Part shown: in pieces, positions 1 to 9,998 of the stretch
How the letters are laid out: the number at the start of each line of letters is the position of its first letter
How positions within the stretch are numbered: position 1 is the first letter of the stretch
Source: Candidatus Aenigmatarchaeota archaeon
GTDB lineage: Archaea; Aenigmatarchaeota; Aenigmatarchaeia; Aenigmatarchaeales; Aenigmatarchaeaceae
Assembly (NCBI GenBank): GCA_043814985.1
Contig: JBDRJK010000013.1
Span: forward strand, 1 to 52,827
Length of the DNA: 52,827 bases
Reading direction: 5' to 3'
Notes under the pieces: model-generated
Database searches by the model: none
Told to the model about the DNA's origin: nothing
The model's input: only the letters and a program-made list of their open reading frames with translations
Translations under genes and position numbers: made by a program

Positions 1-3000
1 CCACAAGAGTACTGCACAGCGTCGTTTCCTTGGGGACTGCAGTCTGCTGTGTTGTCATCCTTGCAGCTGTTGCTGTCTGCAGCCTCACACCTGTTTGAAG
101 TTATATCATATTTGTTGTAACAATACTCAGTGCCTGTCACAGACTCGGTTCCTGTCTGTACATACCAAAGACTGCAGTCTATTGTTCCGCAATTAGTATC
201 ATCAGGCATTAGAACATTACAGGCACCATTTGTGTTGCACAATTCACATAAGCTACAATACCAACCATCCGTTACCCTTGAGCATTGCTGGTTTGTAGCT
301 GTGGAAGAGCTACAATCTAAACAAACATCAGAATCTATATCAGAACACTGATATGTTGTAACATCCCATAATCCAGTCTCATCACATGTGCTTGAGAATC
401 CTGTACAAGAAGTATAAGATGTACAGTCTGACCCACCTCCACAATCAGAACAACCAGAACAATCGTCTGTACAATCACATTGAGAAGCGTAATTACATGA
501 ACTGTCACCCCAAGTGCACGATTCTATACTTGAGCAATAGTCATATGTTGTCCAGCCGCTCCATGTACCATATGAACCACTACATGACGCGCTAGACCCA
601 GAACAATACCTTGGTCTGGTTCTACTAGTGACATCAGCACCGCATCCTGTGCCTGAGCAACCATACTCAGTCTGGCTGCCACATACATAGCTTGATGGTC
701 TGAAAAAGCCACTGGGATCACAACAGTCTCCTGATGAACAATCAGCACATGCTGCACAACCCCCGCCTCCACAATCAACACCTGTCTCACCGCAGTCCTG
801 ATAACCATTGCTACAGTGTCCTGCACACGGATCAGCACAGTCATTATCATTACTAAAAATACATCCAATACCACAACAACCATTGTTATTAGAACAGCCG
901 CAGTCAGGATCCTGGCTAACAGTACAGCCCGAAGGACAGTTGCCGTTGCAGCCGTTCGGCGTACACACTGGAACACTAGCTTCAACAACATAGTTTGCAG
1001 AACCGCTTCCTGAATAAGAGCCGCTTGTCGCGGTAACGCTGAACGAGTAAGTTCCTATAGAAGCGGTGCTTGGTGGGTCAACTGTTATTGTTCTTGTTCC
1101 TGAGCTTCCAGGGGATAAAGTAATGGAAGAACTGCTGAGCGTGCAAGTCCATCCTGACGGGCAGCTTCTTGACAGGGTGAATGTGTTGCTGCCGCAAGAA
1201 GAAGTGTCAGTATTTCTTATAGTGACAGTATAGCTTCTTGCGACCCGGTCGCCGCTCTGCGAGGCTGGAGATACTGACACTACTGGATTGTATCTTACAC
1301 AAGATGTTCCCTCGCATATACAAGTAGCAAGATTGCATGTTTCTCCGGCTGCACAGTTGGCATTGCTTGCACACTGTATACCCGGGCATCTGGCCATGTT
1401 ACAGGCGCAACTGCCGCCTGAGCATGAGCTTGTCAATGTCCATCCCATGCAGTCTGCATTGCATGTGTATATCTCACTACCACTGCAGTACCTAAAGCCG
1501 TTGCAATAGTTGCATGAAGAACTTGACGTTTGATAAGGTGTGCACACACAACTAGTAGTTGGACAGGAAGCATCGACGATACAATAATAAGACCCGGGTG
1601 AAACAGAGCAGCCGTTTTCATCGTAATAAAGCATACATATCTCGCTCGATTCACACGTTCCGGCCCAGTTACAATAAGCACCACAACCACCCAATTGTAA
1701 ATATACCCAAGATTCCGTGCACGGTCCAATACAACGAGGGTCATTAGGAATGGTAGATGTAGGAGAACACGTACATGATGAAGGACATGTACCACCACTA
1801 CAAATCCTATTGCATGTTGCAGGATAATTATACCATGTAGTGCCCTGACAGCCACTAGAAGTGCAAGGAGAAGTTCCACATACCTGACCGTTGGTACAAC
1901 CGCATGTGTATGTTGCAGTTCTAGAACCAGCAGAACTTACAGTGCCTGAACAGCCGCTTGTGCAAGTGCATCCTGAGACGCTAGTGTAAGCATAACTATG
2001 AGAGCCTGTCAAACCACTGAATCTTACATAAGCATAACCAAAACCAGAACTGTATAATGTCCAGCTTCCATCCAAACTAACACCCCAGTTTGTATTCGAA
2101 GGTAAGCCGTTCTGGTAGAATGTGAAGTCATAAGTAGTAGGAGGAACACAACCTGTAACAGTACATGATCCTCCGCTTGGTATAGTGCACGAATTAATTC
2201 CGCAAGTGCCATAATAGCAAGTACTGCCGCTTGTGCACCAAAGTCCAGCAGCCGGACCTGTACAATGTGCTCCACACTCACCTGCTACACATATGCATGG
2301 GTCGTTTGTACAACTACCACTAGCGCAATTTCCTGGACAGAAGGTCATTGTCCAACCAGATTGAGTGCTGCATTTTTCACAATCACTTGGGCTGCATGTC
2401 CCCCAAACACAATAACAATCAGAACACGTTTGACCAGACTGACAAAGGCCAACATCCGAATAATATCCTGTGGTACATTTTTTAGTAACGCCTGAACATG
2501 TATATCTACAACAATCCCTGTATCTACCGCAGTCTAAGTTTGTTTGGCAGCAATCACCAAGTCCATTACAATTGGAATCAAGACAGTCTATTGAGCCATC
2601 ACAGTCGTTATCCACACCATCACTACAACGCGCATCCGTATTTTCAGCAACTGCGAAATCTCTCCATGCCCAACTGGAACCATCATAGGTACATCGTTTA
2701 GTGGTTCCAGATACATCTCCCGTGTAACACCAAGTTGAAGGATATACAATCAGGCTATTACAGTTTCTAGAACTGCTGCATACGGCAGTTTGACAATTGC
2801 TGTCACATATTGTTGTAGATGAGTATAACATACTAGGACAGCCGTCATCGCAGGTTTGGGAAGCACCGCATGCCTGTTCGCATGTGGTGCGTAAACTATA
2901 TGCCGTAGTACCACACCTTCGGCCCGTTGATTGCCTATTGCCACTGCATTGTACACACTGTGCTCCATATTGAGAATCATCAGTGTCCCAGACACCTTGA

Positions 3001-3350
3001 AAGGTATCTTCACAACCCAGACCTGATCTTAATTTGCATATCTGCCCTTCAGAGCCAGGGCATGGTCTCCATTTGGCTTCTGGTCCATAACAGTTAGCAA
3101 TCGGAAAAAGAGGTGGGTTTAGCTGTTCATACCAACAACATACAGAAATACCGCACGCACAACCAGAATTAAACATATCACCCTCAAAATCCCACTCTGT
3201 AACAGTAGGACCAACACAAGCAAATGGATTGCTTGCCACTGGTGGATTTGTGTAGAATGTCTGCGAAATTAAAACGCATGCATAGGCATAGCTTGTAATC
3301 AGAAGAGAGAATGAAAAAAACAACACTATAAGCAATATCTTTTTATTCAT
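1..3350 (-). CDS. Giant cysteine-rich secreted/surface protein (partial, >=1116 aa, continues past left edge)
   Basis: Manual translation from ATG at 3350 (MNKKILLIVLFFSFSLLITSYAYAC..., signal peptide-like) stays open to position 1. Very Cys/Ser/Gly/Thr-rich, with motifs CSDGVDNDCDGSIDCLDSNC, HCSNGYQDCGETGVDCGGGGC and an Ig-like segment (VSVSPASQSG..YTVTIRNTD..SGWT). Missing from the ORF track, presumably because it has no stop in the window. Confidence 0.9.
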   Translation of the reverse strand, partial: MNKKILLIVLFFSFSLLITSYAYACVLISQTFYTNPPVASNPFACVGPTVTEWDFEGDMFNSGCACGISVCCWYEQLNPPLFPIANCYGPEAKWRPCPGSEGQICKLRSGLGCEDTFQGVWDTDDSQYGAQCVQCSGNRQSTGRRCGTTAYSLRTTCEQACGASQTCDDGCPSMLYSSTTICDSNCQTAVCSSSRNCNSLIVYPSTWCYTGDVSGTTKRCTYDGSSWAWRDFAVAENTDARCSDGVDNDCDGSIDCLDSNCNGLGDCCQTNLDCGRYRDCCRYTCSGVTKKCTTGYYSDVGLCQSGQTCSDCYCVWGTCSPSDCEKCSTQSGWTMTFCPGNCASGSCTNDPCICVAGECGAHCTGPAAGLWCTSGSTCYYGTCGINSCTIPSGGSCTVTGCVPPTTYDFTFYQNGLPSNTNWGVSLDGSWTLYSSGFGYAYVRFSGLTGSHSYAYTSVSGCTCTSGCSGTVSSAGSRTATYTCGCTNGQVCGTSPCTSSGCQGTTWYNYPATCNRICSGGTCPSSCTCSPTSTIPNDPRCIGPCTESWVYLQLGGCGAYCNWAGTCESSEICMLYYDENGCSVSPGSYYCIVDASCPTTSCVCTPYQTSSSSCNYCNGFRYCSGSEIYTCNADCMGWTLTSSCSGGSCACNMARCPGIQCASNANCAAGETCNLATCICEGTSCVRYNPVVSVSPASQSGDRVARSYTVTIRNTDTSSCGSNTFTLSRSCPSGWTCTLSSSSITLSPGSSGTRTITVDPPSTASIGTYSFSVTATSGSYSGSGSANYVVEASVPVCTPNGCNGNCPSGCTVSQDPDCGCSNNNGCCGIGCIFSNDNDCADPCAGHCSNGYQDCGETGVDCGGGGCAACADCSSGDCCDPSGFFRPSSYVCGSQTEYGCSGTGCGADVTSRTRPRYCSGSSASCSGSYGTWSGWTTYDYCSSIESCTWGDSSCNYASQCDCTDDCSGCSDCGGGSDCTSYTSCTGFSSTCDETGLWDVTTYQCSDIDSDVCLDCSSSTATNQQCSRVTDGWYCSLCELCNTNGACNVLMPDDTNCGTIDCSLWYVQTGTESVTGTEYCYNKYDITSNRCEAADSNSCKDDNTADCSPQGNDAVQYSC

Positions 3351-4356
3351 AAAATCCCTCTCTAATAGAATCAATCCTGACTATTTTATTATTATCAAGA
3401 TGCAGCCTTAAAATTCTTTCATTTAACTTATAGTATCGTGTCTTATATGAAAGCTCCAGGTCAGAATCTGATATGTTAATGTCCTCTTCTTTTATGAATT
3501 CTATAGGTCCGTCTCCAATGGACATTACAAAATTCCTTGCAACATCAAGAAGAGAGTTTTCATTATTTAGGGAAATATGCATGTACATACCGCTAATACC
3601 TTTAACAGAAGGGTATCCTACTATAATGCTCCAATCACCAAAGTCATAGCTAGCTTCTAATTCCTCCACGTTTGGTATGACTCCAAATGATTTTTTAAAT
3701 GAATTTATAACTGTTTCATTGTTTTCATCTAATGAAGATAGAGGAGTTATGAATGAAAAATCAGTCAAAACTTGATAATTTCCGTCATCACAACTAAGGT
3801 TCATTATCAAGCCAGCTGCTGGTGACTTCCCCCCTATGATAGTTTCATAGCCTTGTATTATACACCCTTCAATATTTGGTTGTGCACCTTTCATATCTTC
3901 AAGCAGAACTTCAAAAAAATCCCAGTCGCCTATTTTTTCTAAAGAAAAGGGTTCCAATGCTTCAAAATGTTTGACTATTGCATTATCAGAAAAGTCAATA
4001 GGACAAAAAAATGAAATTCTTTTATCTTCTGTTTTATAAACATCACAGCCCTTTAGTTCATCCCAATATGCATTATCTTTGAGCCAACCCCATCCGTTCA
4101 ATTCATAACTTATGTTTCCATTTTCATATTTAGCATAGAAAGGTCTTCCATTACAAAACAACCAAAACCCTCCACTACCACTTAAAAAATTAATATCGTC
4201 TCTTAATATCTCACAAAATTTTAGATTGTCTTCTAAATGATTCAAAACCTCATTTCTCATGTTTCCTTGAATTCCGTTAACAACAAGCATATAGATAGCT
4301 GGTAGTATCACTAGAAGTAGAATCACTGCCAGTAAAATTAAGGACCTTCTATCCAT
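3343..4356 (-). CDS. Hypothetical N-terminally membrane-anchored protein
   Basis: 337-aa ORF with an N-terminal hydrophobic helix; overlaps the start of the Cys-rich gene (coupling). Confidence 0.8.
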   Translation of the reverse strand: MDRRSLILLAVILLLVILPAIYMLVVNGIQGNMRNEVLNHLEDNLKFCEILRDDINFLSGSGGFWLFCNGRPFYAKYENGNISYELNGWGWLKDNAYWDELKGCDVYKTEDKRISFFCPIDFSDNAIVKHFEALEPFSLEKIGDWDFFEVLLEDMKGAQPNIEGCIIQGYETIIGGKSPAAGLIMNLSCDDGNYQVLTDFSFITPLSSLDENNETVINSFKKSFGVIPNVEELEASYDFGDWSIIVGYPSVKGISGMYMHISLNNENSLLDVARNFVMSIGDGPIEFIKEEDINISDSDLELSYKTRYYKLNERILRLHLDNNKIVRIDSIREGFYE

Positions 4357-4406
4357 ATGCCTCTAATTAATTATTTTTAAGTCTCAATATAAAGTTTCTT
4401 CAATGT

Positions 4407-6389
4407 CTATATCTTTAGATATTTTACAATATTAAAACTGTTAAGCCATGGAAGTTTGCTGTTTTTAGGTTCAATGACTGATGAATCGAAAGAATAAATG
4501 ACAGGATTGTGGTCTTTAGTGTTTGTTAGCTGTTTTGCAGTCTCATAAGCCTCTTCAATATTAACCCCTTTCATGACTAGAGGCATAAAATTATCAGTAA
4601 AAACTGCTCCAACATTTTCACCCACAGAGCTTGTCCCTATCGCTGCTGTATTCCTAAGCTGATTTGGTTCAATCAGTTGTTTTAGATAGCTTTCAGCACC
4701 ACACGATTCATTTATGAATACTCCCCTTCCATAACTTTTTGAATTTAATGCAACATTCATATCTTTTGCTAATACACTTTCTACTGGTCCAAGCGGTCCA
4801 GGTCCGTGCCCCCCATAATAGATAAATATCGTGTCATTATCATCTGTTTTCAATTCCCTTATCCAATTTAAGAAAGCAATAGGTGTGATTTCTCCGTCTC
4901 TATGATCTACTTCCACATTATAATCCTTTAAAAGATTTCCTTTGAAATTATCTTTTAGCCATTCTATACCATCTAAAAGACCAACATCTTTTTCTACACT
5001 TAATTGATTTTCGTTGTATCGAGGCTTCTCCAAACTAAAAGATAGATTTATTTTATCGTCTGAATAGCCATTCTTCTTTAAGATATGATATAGTCCTAAA
5101 ATTCTTCCCGCAGATGATGGAATACCACCATTATTCACTAGGATAGCATGCCTCTCACTCAGATTGCTAGAGTCATCCTCCAAATCGTTCAAAGGATTGG
5201 TCCCCTGCCTTATTTCTGCTATATTAGTCGGACCGCTTTTGTCCCAGTTCTCTTTCAAGGCATTCTCACTAACCATTCCAGAATCTATAACATCCCTGGC
5301 CACATACCACCTTTCACTCGGCAGTTTCTGCATTGCCTCTGTTTCAACTGAACTAACATTTCCATCACTCAAGACAGAATCAATCAAGTTTGACTGGATA
5401 TCCTGGACCTCTTGATTCTTGTAATACACTCTTAAATTGGCAGGTATCAAGCCAGAGCCAACATAGGCTACACTATCCACCAATGCCCTCTCATTTTCGC
5501 TCATTATCCCGTCAATGCCAAGAGGTCTTAATTTTTCTTTTATTTCAGGTGATAAGCCTTTGCTGTTTGCATATTCCACTACAGGATTCTTTATTGGTTC
5601 GATATCTGGTTTAGTAGAATTACCAGGAACATCAGGTTCAACTATAGGCGGATTAGGATTATCTGGTTTGCTAGGTTCATGAGAAGAGAAACCATTAATA
5701 AGATTAGAAATAGCAGGTAAGCCATACTGAAGAAATAATGCGCCACCAACAGTAAAAGTACCTATTATAACGGCTGTAAGTGCGGGATGTTCTGAAATAG
5801 AATTCGTATACCTCTCAATAAGCCCTTCAGGTTTCAGCTTTCCGCTTCTTTCGATTTCATTATCAATATCTTCTCGTGTCACTTGGGGAGTAGGGCCTCC
5901 CAGCATTATAGGATCACTTATTGCCTCGTAAACACCCTCTTCCACAAGCGCATGAAGTTCCTGATATTCCTGAAACTTTATGGGATTGTTCTCCATCATC
6001 CCAATGATAATTTCTTCCCTTTCATTTGCCTCTTTTGGTAAGCCGACTATTTCTGCTGTAATTCTGTTTGTTATTTCAAGAGGTCCTTGATATTCTCCTT
6101 TTATTGTCATATCCTTTATCTCCCTTATTGCCTTTTCCTTCGATTCCTTTACAAAGGGAAGATTAATCAAAGCATTTTGATACCCTCCATTAATTCTTTT
6201 AATGTCCTTCAAGAACACCTCATAAGACGATTTTGCTCTTTGGGTCCTTAATCCAGGGGATAGAACTGAGTAATTAGGACTCTCAACATAACTCATGACA
6301 GGCAATGCTGGTGTTGGAGGTATTACTATTGTAGAATTCTGCCTGTGCAAATCAATCATAGCCTCTTCAAAAACCTTCCTCTCGCTCAT
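4407..6389 (-). CDS. Membrane-anchored clan CD (C13 legumain/caspase-like) cysteine peptidase
   Basis: C-terminal HAILV...IFIYYGGHG...FINESC His/Cys dyad pattern; internal TM helix near aa 203-230, Pro-rich linker, and an E..GTNPL.D Ca-binding-like motif. Confidence 0.7.
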   Translation of the reverse strand: MSERKVFEEAMIDLHRQNSTIVIPPTPALPVMSYVESPNYSVLSPGLRTQRAKSSYEVFLKDIKRINGGYQNALINLPFVKESKEKAIREIKDMTIKGEYQGPLEITNRITAEIVGLPKEANEREEIIIGMMENNPIKFQEYQELHALVEEGVYEAISDPIMLGGPTPQVTREDIDNEIERSGKLKPEGLIERYTNSISEHPALTAVIIGTFTVGGALFLQYGLPAISNLINGFSSHEPSKPDNPNPPIVEPDVPGNSTKPDIEPIKNPVVEYANSKGLSPEIKEKLRPLGIDGIMSENERALVDSVAYVGSGLIPANLRVYYKNQEVQDIQSNLIDSVLSDGNVSSVETEAMQKLPSERWYVARDVIDSGMVSENALKENWDKSGPTNIAEIRQGTNPLNDLEDDSSNLSERHAILVNNGGIPSSAGRILGLYHILKKNGYSDDKINLSFSLEKPRYNENQLSVEKDVGLLDGIEWLKDNFKGNLLKDYNVEVDHRDGEITPIAFLNWIRELKTDDNDTIFIYYGGHGPGPLGPVESVLAKDMNVALNSKSYGRGVFINESCGAESYLKQLIEPNQLRNTAAIGTSSVGENVGAVFTDNFMPLVMKGVNIEEAYETAKQLTNTKDHNPVIYSFDSSVIEPKNSKLPWLNSFNIVKYLKI

Positions 6390-6452
6390 AATATAATTTA
6401 AATTGGAAAACCTTAAGAATTGTGCTTATATTATGGTACTCTAGAAACCGAG

Positions 6453-7046
6453 TTAATACATGCTAACCTTCAGGGTGACATTGTCGCTGGTCACAGAAGC
6501 CCTAGTCATGTCAAGGGTCCTGCCTATCTCGCCAGGCATGAAATCAAAGGCAACATAGACGCTTAGTGTTCTGAAGATAATCTCGGAAGCGAAGACTATG
6601 CTCCCCTTGTTGACCTCTCCCATTATCTTTTCGCCAGTCAATTGGGTGGCATTCACCTCTATTTCCTTTGGGAACGTCCAAACCATCTCGAAGTTCCTGT
6701 ACTTGCCAGTGGCAGAGCACTTCTGCCATATGTGCTTCCTGTCGTCAATCTCTATCAGGTCATGCTCGTCGCATATCTGGGCACTGCTCACTATGTTGTA
6801 GGTGATGCCTTCTGTCTTGCCTATTATCTCGCCCCTGTCAATGTTGAAGAAACACTTGTTGTTCGTTCCTGTCCGGGCAGTCTCAAGTATCCTGTCGCTG
6901 CAAGCGTCAAACTGGGCCTTGATATTGCCGACTTCGACCATGTCCATTGACTCGCCAATGGTCTCGATTGCCCATGGAAGGGACAGTGAAACTAGAGCGA
7001 CGCTGATAAGCAGTATCATAACTGCCTGGAGAACAGTAAAACCCAT
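6453..7046 (-). CDS. Pilin-like protein (class III signal peptide-like N-terminus)
   Basis: MG|FTVLQAVMILLISVALVS hydrophobic N-terminus followed by an amphipathic helix, similar in layout to the 14623 pilin-like gene. Confidence 0.55.
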   Translation of the reverse strand: MGFTVLQAVMILLISVALVSLSLPWAIETIGESMDMVEVGNIKAQFDACSDRILETARTGTNNKCFFNIDRGEIIGKTEGITYNIVSSAQICDEHDLIEIDDRKHIWQKCSATGKYRNFEMVWTFPKEIEVNATQLTGEKIMGEVNKGSIVFASEIIFRTLSVYVAFDFMPGEIGRTLDMTRASVTSDNVTLKVSMY

Positions 7047-7125
7047 ATTAAACTTATTTTCTTCCCAGAATATAAATCACTATTAGACTATTATGGCTAG
7101 AGAAATTAGTAAAGGGACTTCTTTT

Positions 7126-7233
7126 TCACATCATTATGTTCTCGTCTATTATGAGCCCGCATTTCCTGCAACTTACTTCCCCCATCGCCCTTGCAAACTT
7201 GATTGAGCCGCATTCCGGACACAAACATTTCAT
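7126..7233 (-). CDS. Stand-alone TFIIB-type zinc-ribbon microprotein (35 aa)
   Basis: Manual translation MKCLCPECGSIKFARAMGEVSCRKCGLIIDENIMM; CPxCGS...GEVxCxxCGLIIDEN matches the TFB N-terminal ribbon. Confidence 0.75.
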   Translation of the reverse strand: MKCLCPECGSIKFARAMGEVSCRKCGLIIDENIMM

Positions 7234-7357
7234 AATAAATCTTAAATCCGTAAAACATTTAAGCTTATTCTTGCTCGGAAATATGTTTTTCAAAAATTAT
7301 ACACGGAAACATGAGTTAGAAAAGCTTTTTAAATATTTCTGAGGACAACTCATTCTT

Positions 7358-9178
7358 ATGAAAGGGGCTAAGCCAAAAAAAGTGAAAAGGGCGTGCGTTG
7401 ACTCGTCAGCAGTAATCAACGGCAGGGTCACTCAATTGATTAAAGAGAAAAAGCTTGATAACTACGAGCTGATAATACCTGAATTAGTGCTGGGAGAGTT
7501 GCAGGCTCAAGCATCAAAGGGAAGGGAGATAGGCTACATCGGTCTTAAGGAAATCAAGAACATCAGGAAGGTGGCAAAGAAGCACAATGTAATCATAAAG
7601 TTCCTGGGCGAGAGGCAGAAATACGAGGACATACTCCTTGCCAAGTCAGGTAGGATTGACGCATTGATAATCGATGTTGCCAAGGTCAACAAGGCTGTAT
7701 TAATCACATCAGACTTATTGCAATCAATAATAGCAGAAATCAAGGGAATTGAGGTTAAGTACTTCAAGTCTTGGGAGAAGGCCAAGAAGATCAAGATAGA
7801 GGACTTCTTAACTAAGGACACCATGTCCCTCCATCTCAAGGAGGACGCCATTCCCTATGCCAAGAAGGGCAAACCTGGAAAAGTCGATTTTGTTGCCTTG
7901 AGAAAAAAGAATATGACCCGGGAGGAGCTTGACATAATGGCAACAGAGATACTCGACTCTGCCAGGTATGAGGATGACTCGTTCATAGAATACGGCGAGC
8001 ACGGCGCGACTGTTGTGCAGCTGAAGGACAAGAGAATCGCTATTGCAAGGCCTCCCTTTTCTGATGGCTTGGAGATAACACTTGTGAGGCCTACTGTCAA
8101 GCTGATTCTTGATGATTACAAACTATCTGAAAAACTGAAGCAGAGACTGGACAAAAGGGCAGAGGGGGTACTTTTGGCAGGCCCTCCTGGCTCTGGCAAG
8201 TCAACAATGGCAGCCTCGTTAGCTGAATTCTATCTGAGCAAGGGCAAGATTGTGAAGACAATGGAGCAGCCAAGAGACTTGCAGGTTCCAAAGGAGGTGA
8301 CGCAGTATGCTCCACTAAATGGTAGTTTCGAGAAGACTGCTAACATCCTGCTTCTGGTAAGACCTGACTATACAATATTCGATGACATAAGAAGGAAGAA
8401 GGAGTTCGAGATATTCTCTGATATGAGGCTTGCTGGAATTGGGATGATTGGAGTTGTGCATGCGACCGACCCTGTTGATGCGATCCAGAGGTTCATAGGG
8501 AAGATCGAGCTGGGAGTCATACCCCATGTTATTGACACTATAATATACATCAAGGATGGAATGGTTGAGAAGGTTTACTCACTTGAATTAACTGTCAGGG
8601 TTCCTTCTGGAATGACAGAAGCAGACTTAGCAAGGCCCATTGTTGAGGTGAAGGATTTTGAAACAGGAAACCTTGAGTATGAAATCTACACCTACGGCGA
8701 TCAGACCATTGTTATTCCTGTCAAGGAGAGGAAACAGTCAGGAATGGAGAAGCTGGCAGCCCAGAGGATCAAGAACGAGATAAGGAAGTTCGACCACTCC
8801 GCAGAAATAGAGTTTCTCTCTGAAAACAAGGTCGCGGTGAAGGTCGGGAACGAGGTGATACCAAAGCTCATAGGCAGGGAAGGCAAGACAATAAAGTCAA
8901 TTGAGGACAAGCTTGGAATCTCAATAGATGTGCAGCCAATGGTTGAATCACTGGGAAAGGAAATAAAATTCAAGGTGCATGAGACTGGAGGCTATATTGT
9001 ATTCGCTTTCAAGAAGAAGAGAGCTGGAAACAATGCGAACGTCTACATTGATAACGAGTATCTTTTCTCAGCAACTGTTGGAAGGTCCGGTCAGATAAAG
9101 GTTTCAAAGAACTCTGATCTGGGCAAGTCTGTGATAGGCGCCCTTACAACAAAAAGACAAATCAGTATTTTTGTTTAA
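7358..9178 (+). CDS. PIN-domain ATPase with KH domain (PINA family)
   Basis: N-terminal PIN (VDSSAVI), Walker A GPPGSGKST, LLLVRPDYTIFD, C-terminal KH (IGREGKTI). Confidence 0.92.
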   Translation: MKGAKPKKVKRACVDSSAVINGRVTQLIKEKKLDNYELIIPELVLGELQAQASKGREIGYIGLKEIKNIRKVAKKHNVIIKFLGERQKYEDILLAKSGRIDALIIDVAKVNKAVLITSDLLQSIIAEIKGIEVKYFKSWEKAKKIKIEDFLTKDTMSLHLKEDAIPYAKKGKPGKVDFVALRKKNMTREELDIMATEILDSARYEDDSFIEYGEHGATVVQLKDKRIAIARPPFSDGLEITLVRPTVKLILDDYKLSEKLKQRLDKRAEGVLLAGPPGSGKSTMAASLAEFYLSKGKIVKTMEQPRDLQVPKEVTQYAPLNGSFEKTANILLLVRPDYTIFDDIRRKKEFEIFSDMRLAGIGMIGVVHATDPVDAIQRFIGKIELGVIPHVIDTIIYIKDGMVEKVYSLELTVRVPSGMTEADLARPIVEVKDFETGNLEYEIYTYGDQTIVIPVKERKQSGMEKLAAQRIKNEIRKFDHSAEIEFLSENKVAVKVGNEVIPKLIGREGKTIKSIEDKLGISIDVQPMVESLGKEIKFKVHETGGYIVFAFKKKRAGNNANVYIDNEYLFSATVGRSGQIKVSKNSDLGKSVIGALTTKRQISIFV

Positions 9179-9205
9179 ATATTCTTGTTTTCTATTAATC
9201 ATTAA

Positions 9206-9217
9206 GCCTCCGTAGCT
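9206..9217 (+). repeat. tRNA 5'-end remnant (GCCTCCGTAGCT)
   Basis: 11/12 identical to the first 12 nt of the tRNA-Arg at 9999; preceded at TATA-like distance by TTTAAATA. Confidence 0.6.
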
Positions 9218-9270
9218 ACCACTAGAGGTAGTAAATTCGATTATTGTTTGTGTTCGAGTATAATTAATAG

Positions 9271-9990
9271 ATGAAACTTGAGATTCCTTCTAAAATCGAT
9301 GAAAATTTGGCAGAACTTCTCGGTATTATTGTTGGCGATGGTTATGTCAGGACAAAGGATCCTCGTTGGCTATCGATAGAGGTAAACGCGGAAGAAAAAA
9401 GTTATATAGAAAAGCATGTTATACCTCTGGTTTCCAATATTTTCAAGTGCAAACCTGTCGGCAGATTCTTCAATAGGAATGGCATTAATAACACATATGG
9501 CTTTTACATCTGCAGCAAGAGGCTTACTGATTTCTTGAATTACCTTGGTGTTGCCAAAAAGCACGACAAAATAAGAGTTCCTGAGGTTGTCATCAGGAAC
9601 AAGATGCTATATTCCAGATTTTTGAGAGGATATTTCGACACTGACGGATGCCTGTCATTTGAGAAGAAACATAAAGACATTTACTACTATCCAAGGCTTC
9701 TCTTGTCTTCAGTATCTAAGATGCTGATAATGGATGTGAAAGGAATGACAGATGCTCTGAATATTTGCGGAACAGTTTTCATAACATCACCGGGAAGGAA
9801 GACAAAGATGCCTCTTTACAGGCACTGCATCAGGGGGCCTGAGAAGCTTGAGAAATGGTCCAAAAGGATAGGGTTTTCCAATCCTAACAGCCGTACAAAA
9901 TACCTCATATGGAGGAAGTTGGGTCATTGTAAGACCAATACGAGCCTTGAGAAGAGAATTAGCATTTTAAATAATATTAACGACCTTTAA
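9271..9990 (+). CDS. Free-standing two-motif LAGLIDADG (DOD) homing endonuclease-like protein
   Basis: Motifs LAELLGIIVGDG and FLRGYFDTDG; no intein splicing motifs or host gene. Confidence 0.88.
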   Translation: MKLEIPSKIDENLAELLGIIVGDGYVRTKDPRWLSIEVNAEEKSYIEKHVIPLVSNIFKCKPVGRFFNRNGINNTYGFYICSKRLTDFLNYLGVAKKHDKIRVPEVVIRNKMLYSRFLRGYFDTDGCLSFEKKHKDIYYYPRLLLSSVSKMLIMDVKGMTDALNICGTVFITSPGRKTKMPLYRHCIRGPEKLEKWSKRIGFSNPNSRTKYLIWRKLGHCKTNTSLEKRISILNNINDL

Positions 9991-9998
9991 TTTAATAT

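Noticed and set aside
130..3013. Numerous short ORFs on both strands in the ORF track, and the possibility of stop-codon recoding
   Set aside because: They are alternate-frame shadows of one uninterrupted minus-strand Cys-rich gene; no recoding is needed.
7358..9178. PINA as the missing pilus assembly ATPase; Walker B reads FDD rather than DE
   Set aside because: The PIN+ATPase+KH architecture is the conserved housekeeping PINA family. A single conservative substitution is not enough to claim altered function.
9271..9990. LAGLIDADG ORFs as inteins or as ORFs inside a tRNA/rRNA intron (also 26117-26815)
   Set aside because: No Cys/Ser start or His-Asn end, no flanking extein, and no BHB enclosing them; the adjacent tRNAs are complete without upstream exons.
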